A stretch of DNA of 64,000 bases, taken from NCBI GenBank assembly GCA_004764695.1, contig SMSO01000014.1, positions 5,818,029 to 5,882,028 of the forward strand. Reading direction: 5' to 3'. Position 1 is the first letter of the stretch. The number at the start of each line of letters is the position of its first letter. Below the pieces are notes generated by a model, which was not told the origin of the DNA, did no database searches, and saw nothing but the letters and a program-made list of their open reading frames with translations. The position numbers were made by a program, and so were the translations under genes. Positions 58,915-64,000 of this stretch are shown piece by piece. Origin of the DNA: Schizochytrium sp. TIO01. Taxonomy: Eukaryota; Protista; Bigyra: Labyrinthulomycetes.

Positions 58915-59784
58915 TTATATAAGATTCTGTTGCTGCAGGGCTGCAATCTTGCGATCTTTAAGTTTGATAAGTTCGTCCATCTTTTTCACCTTAAGTTCAA
59001 GAATGCTCACCGTGTCCTGCAGCTCGGCAATAGTTTGATCCTTTTCTTCTAGCAGGGCGCGCAGGTCACCTCCCTTAATGCCTCCCCCGATTCCACCACC
59101 ACGAGGAGTTCCTGACATATAGGCTGGCCTTGAGTACTCATCGTCTTCCTCATCTCGGCGAGAGGAGTTTCGTGCCGCATCATGAAAGGCTGCTGGATTT
59201 TTCATCATGGCCATGGATGCACGCCCATATGAGCTGGATGCAACTGAGCCCGCATCGCTTCCCCCTTGCCTTCGTACTGGCACATCAGCCTTATATGCTG
59301 CAAGTTTAGGTCGAAGCTTCAATAATAAACGCTCAACGTGCATGGGCTTACATTCCGCAACTGCTTGGAGCTCGTCTTTTGTGACTGTGAGTTTAAGCTT
59401 GCGGAACACTCGTTCTATCAACATTGACAAATCAGAAAATTAAAACAAACCACCATTATCGCGCGTGTGGTGCGTACGCAATACGAGTCCACGAAAATAG
59501 GGCCAAAAAGTTAGTCTTGGTGCTCTAATCTAATCTCCAAAATTGAAAGCGCTTTACTTACTCTGCAATGTTTCCCAATTGTACATTTTCTGAGTGAGCC
59601 CGTTGGCTGGACTATAGTTGTGCAAATCAATAAGCTTTGGGTGATAGTGCATGATGACCTCAGCAAAGAGGACACCATCACTGAAGTCACGAGCAATATT
59701 GCGTTTCTGACGGGTTAGTGGAACCTGGTCTACCCATGTGTACAGATCCTGGAGCTGCTCGTCAGATAGCCTTGGTTCTCCCAT
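58915..59784 (-). CDS. SPEF1: Sperm flagellar protein 1 (CLAMP), 2 exons (59784-59562, 59414-58915)
   Basis: CH domain LYTWVDQVPLTRQKRNIARDFSDGVL..LHNYSPAN..KMYNWETL. Intron GTAAGT..TAG gives LQ|KRVFRKL. C-terminal coiled coil EKDQTIAELQDTVSILELKVKKM. Confidence 0.93.
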
Positions 59785-60250
59785 GATTAATCAGATATGT
59801 GTATGAAGTCTTCTAAAATCCAATTTATCTTTGGCTCGACTTCAGCTCCACAAGGTTCTATTCGCTTCGTGCCTTGGTTGTCTGCGTACTTGAACCTCAA
59901 GAAACGAAACACTCGGGTTCTTCTCTCCGCCTTATTTCGTGCAGAAAGAGAAGTCTGATTGCCAACGAGGTCCGTCGCAACACCGGTGAACTATGTCTTT
60001 TGCCTTGCGTCAACAACACTGGCCCAGACGAGTCGTTGGGCCTGTTTGGTGCAGGAGAGACGATAGTTTATTTGCTTTCGTCTCGTATGCTTGCTGATGT
60101 ATTTGCTGTTACAAAGCATACTAAAATACAAAGTGAATGAGGGAATGAAACCGTCTTGTCGAGGGAGGACCAAAATTCTGTACTATTTTATAGTACTTTT
60201 AAAATTTGCTTTTTTTAAAAACGATTTTTTAAAAGTTAAAAACTTTTCTT

Positions 60251-61158
60251 GAACACTTAGTATTTAATTTATAAAATTTGCAAACTGCATTCCCTATGGT
60301 AACAAAATGGCCCCCATAGCGAGTTATTTTTTAACCAGCGACTCAAAGACAGTTCTTAAATCATGCCCTTGGGTATGTAGCGCAAAAGGATACATCTGGT
60401 GGTGTGTATATCACGATCGCCTGCGTTTTTGCATTTTTTGGGGGCTTTGGAAACTTTGCATGTTCCGAGATTGTCGTAGATGATACCACATTCATTGCAT
60501 GACTTTGCAGTGCAATCCTTTCGGCAAATGACTATTTTACACCGTTGAAGGAATGAATTTCGGCTTTGTAAATGAGCGTTTGTCGAAAGTCAACGAATGA
60601 CACATCATTTGAGCTGTCTTGATTTTGATCCATCTTATCTACTTGTGGAGTTTCCAAATTTAGGCAAGGATAGTTTTCACAGAACCAAAGTCCAAGCTTA
60701 TGGTGAATCCCGGTAGCCCAGTAGGGCGCGCAAGCCCAGCCTTTTGAAGTTGGACTCTCTACCGATGTCTTTGTAGATAGCGGATGCATCTAGATAGGTA
60801 TGCTTGAGGTCCGTCAGCAATCTGGCATTTAAAATTCTCGTTTTGCTTTTGCTTGGCGGAGGATTCTATGGCGTAGATAATGGCCCGGCAAGTGCTGCGT
60901 TGCTCACAGCCATGGGTGAGCTCAACATCGTCTCTTGCGTATATGCGGTTGGCTCCCGAGAGGCACCCGAAGAGCACTTGCTGAGGCGCCAAATTTCTTG
61001 TTGGAGGACTTTGATAACTTGAATTGAAGATTTATATCACTTATAGTGTTTAGGCCTTGGTTCCTTGGCTATTCCAGTTTCTTATATAACCTTTACTTCT
61101 TAATAAAGACCTAAATAATAATAAAAATATCATTTATATGGAATAATAACGACGTACC
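60251..61158 (-). mobile_element. Non-autonomous, internally deleted IS607/Fanzor2 copy 4 (~0.9 kb)
   Basis: Remnants GANRIYARDDVE..IIYA..SSAKQK (tnpA) and STKTSV..CAPYWATGIHHKLGLWFCENY (fused Fanzor frame), 3' end CTACATACCCAAGGGCATGATTTAA, then the TGTCTTTGAGTCGC scaffold. Confidence 0.9.
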
Positions 61159-61948
61159 ATTTTGAGTTTATATAAAGTTCTCACGTTTTCATAGCTACAG
61201 TTTGCGATACACGCAAATATATAAAATTCTCAATGTACTTTGCTAAAGCTAACTTCGGGAAACGGGTGATTCTACATAATGTAGCTTGTAACTTACTTCA
61301 AAGGGAAAATATTGAGAAAAGGAAAAGGGACAACTTCAGGAGGCCCTTTAATTCAACACGTACAAAGATTTTATAATGAAGAAGAAAGATTTATTGTAGA
61401 ATGTTTACTAGATTTGTCTCCTTCAGGTCCAAAATATCGCGAATCGTACACGCGAATCTGATGTGAATTTTATGTAATGTGAGGGGGAAACAGTATATTT
61501 GATTTCGATGCCGCAGCTGTGTAGACAGCTGCTGCGGCAGGGAGACCGTATACTACCATGATGTCGTAAAGGGTAAATGGTGAATGGTGATGAAGATTGG
61601 GCGATTGTCCAGTCAAATGAGTTGATGATCAGTATGCCACAGTCAAACAATCAAAGAAACGAGGCTGTGCCGAGTGATCGTACAATTAAGACGGTACCAA
61701 GCAATGATGTCTCTCTACTTTATGCGGTAAAAAAAAAACAACTTGAAAGTGCATGTGTCTCAAAGTCGTGAAGAGTTTCAAGAAGTGAAAGCCTGCAAAC
61801 GGTGACATGCAAAACTCTGTTTGGTAGGAATTCGCTTTGTAAGCAACATGGGGGACCTACGAAACGCTATGAAAAAAAAGTGCAGATCGCAAGCCAAGCC
61901 AAACCAAACGTAATTCAAGCTGGATAAAAGAGTTTGATGGAAGGCTGC

Positions 61949-62902
61949 TTAATCGTAAACCTTGCCCAAAGGAGGGTACTCCTTGATAAAATAGGTCGGG
62001 ATCTGCATGCCGTCGAGGCAGCACATGTAAAGTGCTGTGGTGAGGACTAGCATGAGGGAGACAAGAAGACCAGCCATAATGTGAGGGGTGTTGCGAACCT
62101 GGGTGTCGCTAATGTCCGGGAAGGCATCGAGGCGGCGGCGGCTTGTGCTGAGCTCAACGAGGTTGTTAGTCATTGGATGAGAAGGTGCCTTCTTGGCATT
62201 GTCGCCGGTGAAGACGGCAACATAGCGATCAGCAACGTGCTTCTTCAAGGTCTCAAGGGTGTTGCCGATGGCAACATTCCAGCTCGCGATATCCTCGGGC
62301 AACATAACCACAACCTTGAGCTTTCCAGCAGCAATCTTGGCACCAAGCTCACTGTCGAGAACCTTGGCATCCTGAGTAGGGTCCTGGACGGTGATGAGTG
62401 TCTCCGGGTTCTTTCCGAAGGCCCAGCGGCTCCAGGCGGACTGAGTGCCGGGGCGAGAGGAGTCCACTACAAAGGGAAGAACCAGAGAGGATTTAGCAGC
62501 ATTAAATGCGCTTCTGAGTGTCTTAACAACAGCCTTGGATCCCGGGATCTGCTCAAAAGATCCAAGAGCCTCGGAGACTTCCTTGGCACTCAGTTCAGGG
62601 GCCAAAAAGAGCACTGTGGCCTGGGATTTTCCATGGTCTGCATCATACTTCACAGCATCCAGAAGGGGCTCGCTGGAGTCAGATTCGAAGCCAGAGATTT
62701 GATCCACAAGGGTAGCGGCATCAGTTTCGTCAAGACCCTCGAGACCAGCGTACACATTCTGGCCACTAAAAGTGGCCTGCGGTGCCCAGATCAGCACAGG
62801 CACGGGGAGCTTCGAGGAAGTAGTGCAAGCAGCTGAGGTGGTCTCCACGGATCCTGCCAGAGCCAGAACGAGCACCGCAATCGAACGCATGATAGTTTGC
62901 AT
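61949..62902 (-). CDS. V-ATPase accessory subunit S1/Ac45 (VOA1)-like type I membrane protein
   Basis: Signal peptide (MQTIMRSIAVLVLALAG), VPVLIW motif, RRRL basic site, C-terminal NTPHIMAGLLVSLML...MQIPTYF resembling the Ac45-VOA1 transmembrane domain. Confidence 0.7.
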   Translation of the reverse strand: MQTIMRSIAVLVLALAGSVETTSAACTTSSKLPVPVLIWAPQATFSGQNVYAGLEGLDETDAATLVDQISGFESDSSEPLLDAVKYDADHGKSQATVLFLAPELSAKEVSEALGSFEQIPGSKAVVKTLRSAFNAAKSSLVLPFVVDSSRPGTQSAWSRWAFGKNPETLITVQDPTQDAKVLDSELGAKIAAGKLKVVVMLPEDIASWNVAIGNTLETLKKHVADRYVAVFTGDNAKKAPSHPMTNNLVELSTSRRRLDAFPDISDTQVRNTPHIMAGLLVSLMLVLTTALYMCCLDGMQIPTYFIKEYPPLGKVYD

Positions 62903-64000
62903 TTTGATATTAAGATTGATACTGATTGGATCGATCTTTATGAATAGTCGATAATGTTTATATTGTGTATCTGCTCGCAGCAACGTCAGGGTTTCCTGAG
63001 CCGTCCAGCGAGACCTCAGAAAGAGCACTATCCACAGTCCACGGGTTCTCCACAGATGCTACAGAAGCTGGGACGAGCGGCGTCAACGACGGCGGAGACA
63101 AAGAGACAAAGTTGTACGAGCTAGCTGATAGCTACAGCACCAGCGATGACGACCTCGACGAAGGCCTCTCCTCAGTGTTCGGGAGGGCTGGGTTGAGAGG
63201 CTGAGTGAAGGGTTGTCCTACTAGCTTCTCTGCCTCCTGCTCGGTGTCTTCGTGCCTCCCAGAGAGAGGCGCGCGCTGCTTCGTGTCTGCCGCGGCTTCG
63301 CCGCTGCTTTCTCTGCTTCTCTTCTCCCTCTTTATAACTCTAGAGAAGCATAACATAATGTTATTATTTGCTATTCTTTTATGTATGATGACTTACTTAT
63401 TCCATTTTACTTTCATTAAAATTAATTTGAATGAAATAACTACTAAAAATCATCATGAATTTACACCATAACCTGAAACAAAACAGAAGAGATATTCCAT
63501 CGCCAAAGTAGACTCTCGAATCCATCTGTTCATAAGGGTACAGATACAAAGCGTTCAGGTCTTTAAGGGCGTAAGAACCGACGTCAATGTAGACGACGGA
63601 CGATTATTTTTAATTAACATTATCTCATCGAAGTGATAACCATCGATGTTCTTGGGCCAGATCTTCATTCTAGGTGTGGTTTGCACAACTATTATTCATG
63701 GCATTCCGCAACGTTGAGGGGTATTTTGGAGAGCTTGTTATCATTCGTCTGCACCGCAAGACATGAATCTCGTGGCGTCGTATTTGGTCTTTGCTTTGGA
63801 TGTTGATTGCCTTCGCGTTTTGCCAAGCTGCAAACGGCAATATTGTTAGTTTTTTAGCAATCCGCCGGCTACTTATTATTTAATTACTTATCGAAGGCTG
63901 AAAATAAAGTAAAGTTTCTGTTTTCTATTAACAACGATTCTGAAAGAACAACCACTGTGCGACTATTATCGAGCGTATTTAAAGCTCTTCAGGGCGATGG

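Overview
Eukaryotic genomic DNA: GT-AG introns, a Pol III tRNA gene, microsatellites, and ciliary genes. The source is probably a flagellated protist, possibly a thraustochytrid-like stramenopile (inference only). About 18 host genes are present: RING-H2 ligase, DYRK1, RluA-type pseudouridine synthase, uS9m, RPL4, CFAP58, an ASH-domain protein, RPN11, ClpP, MEA1-like, an ankyrin-PP2C fusion, a long ankyrin protein, VTI1, a 3-exon TMEM107 missed by the ORF track, CWC2, ADSS, SPEF1 and Ac45/VOA1-like. The main signal is a family of IS607-type elements. One apparently intact copy (~695-2860, minus strand) encodes a serine-recombinase TnpA that lies entirely inside the open +1 frame of a Fanzor2/TnpB-like RuvC nuclease, followed by a structured omegaRNA-like 3' region and, ~125 nt further on, tRNA-Phe. 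Three defective copies (2.9-4.3 kb, 24.6-25.5 kb, 60.2-61.2 kb) all lost RuvC-I but kept the RNA scaffold, and two of them share the same in-frame deletion. In one copy the guide-position sequence matches a site in its own Fanzor coding region at 17/17 nt. A candidate intron could switch expression from TnpA to Fanzor. All alignments and folds were done by eye.
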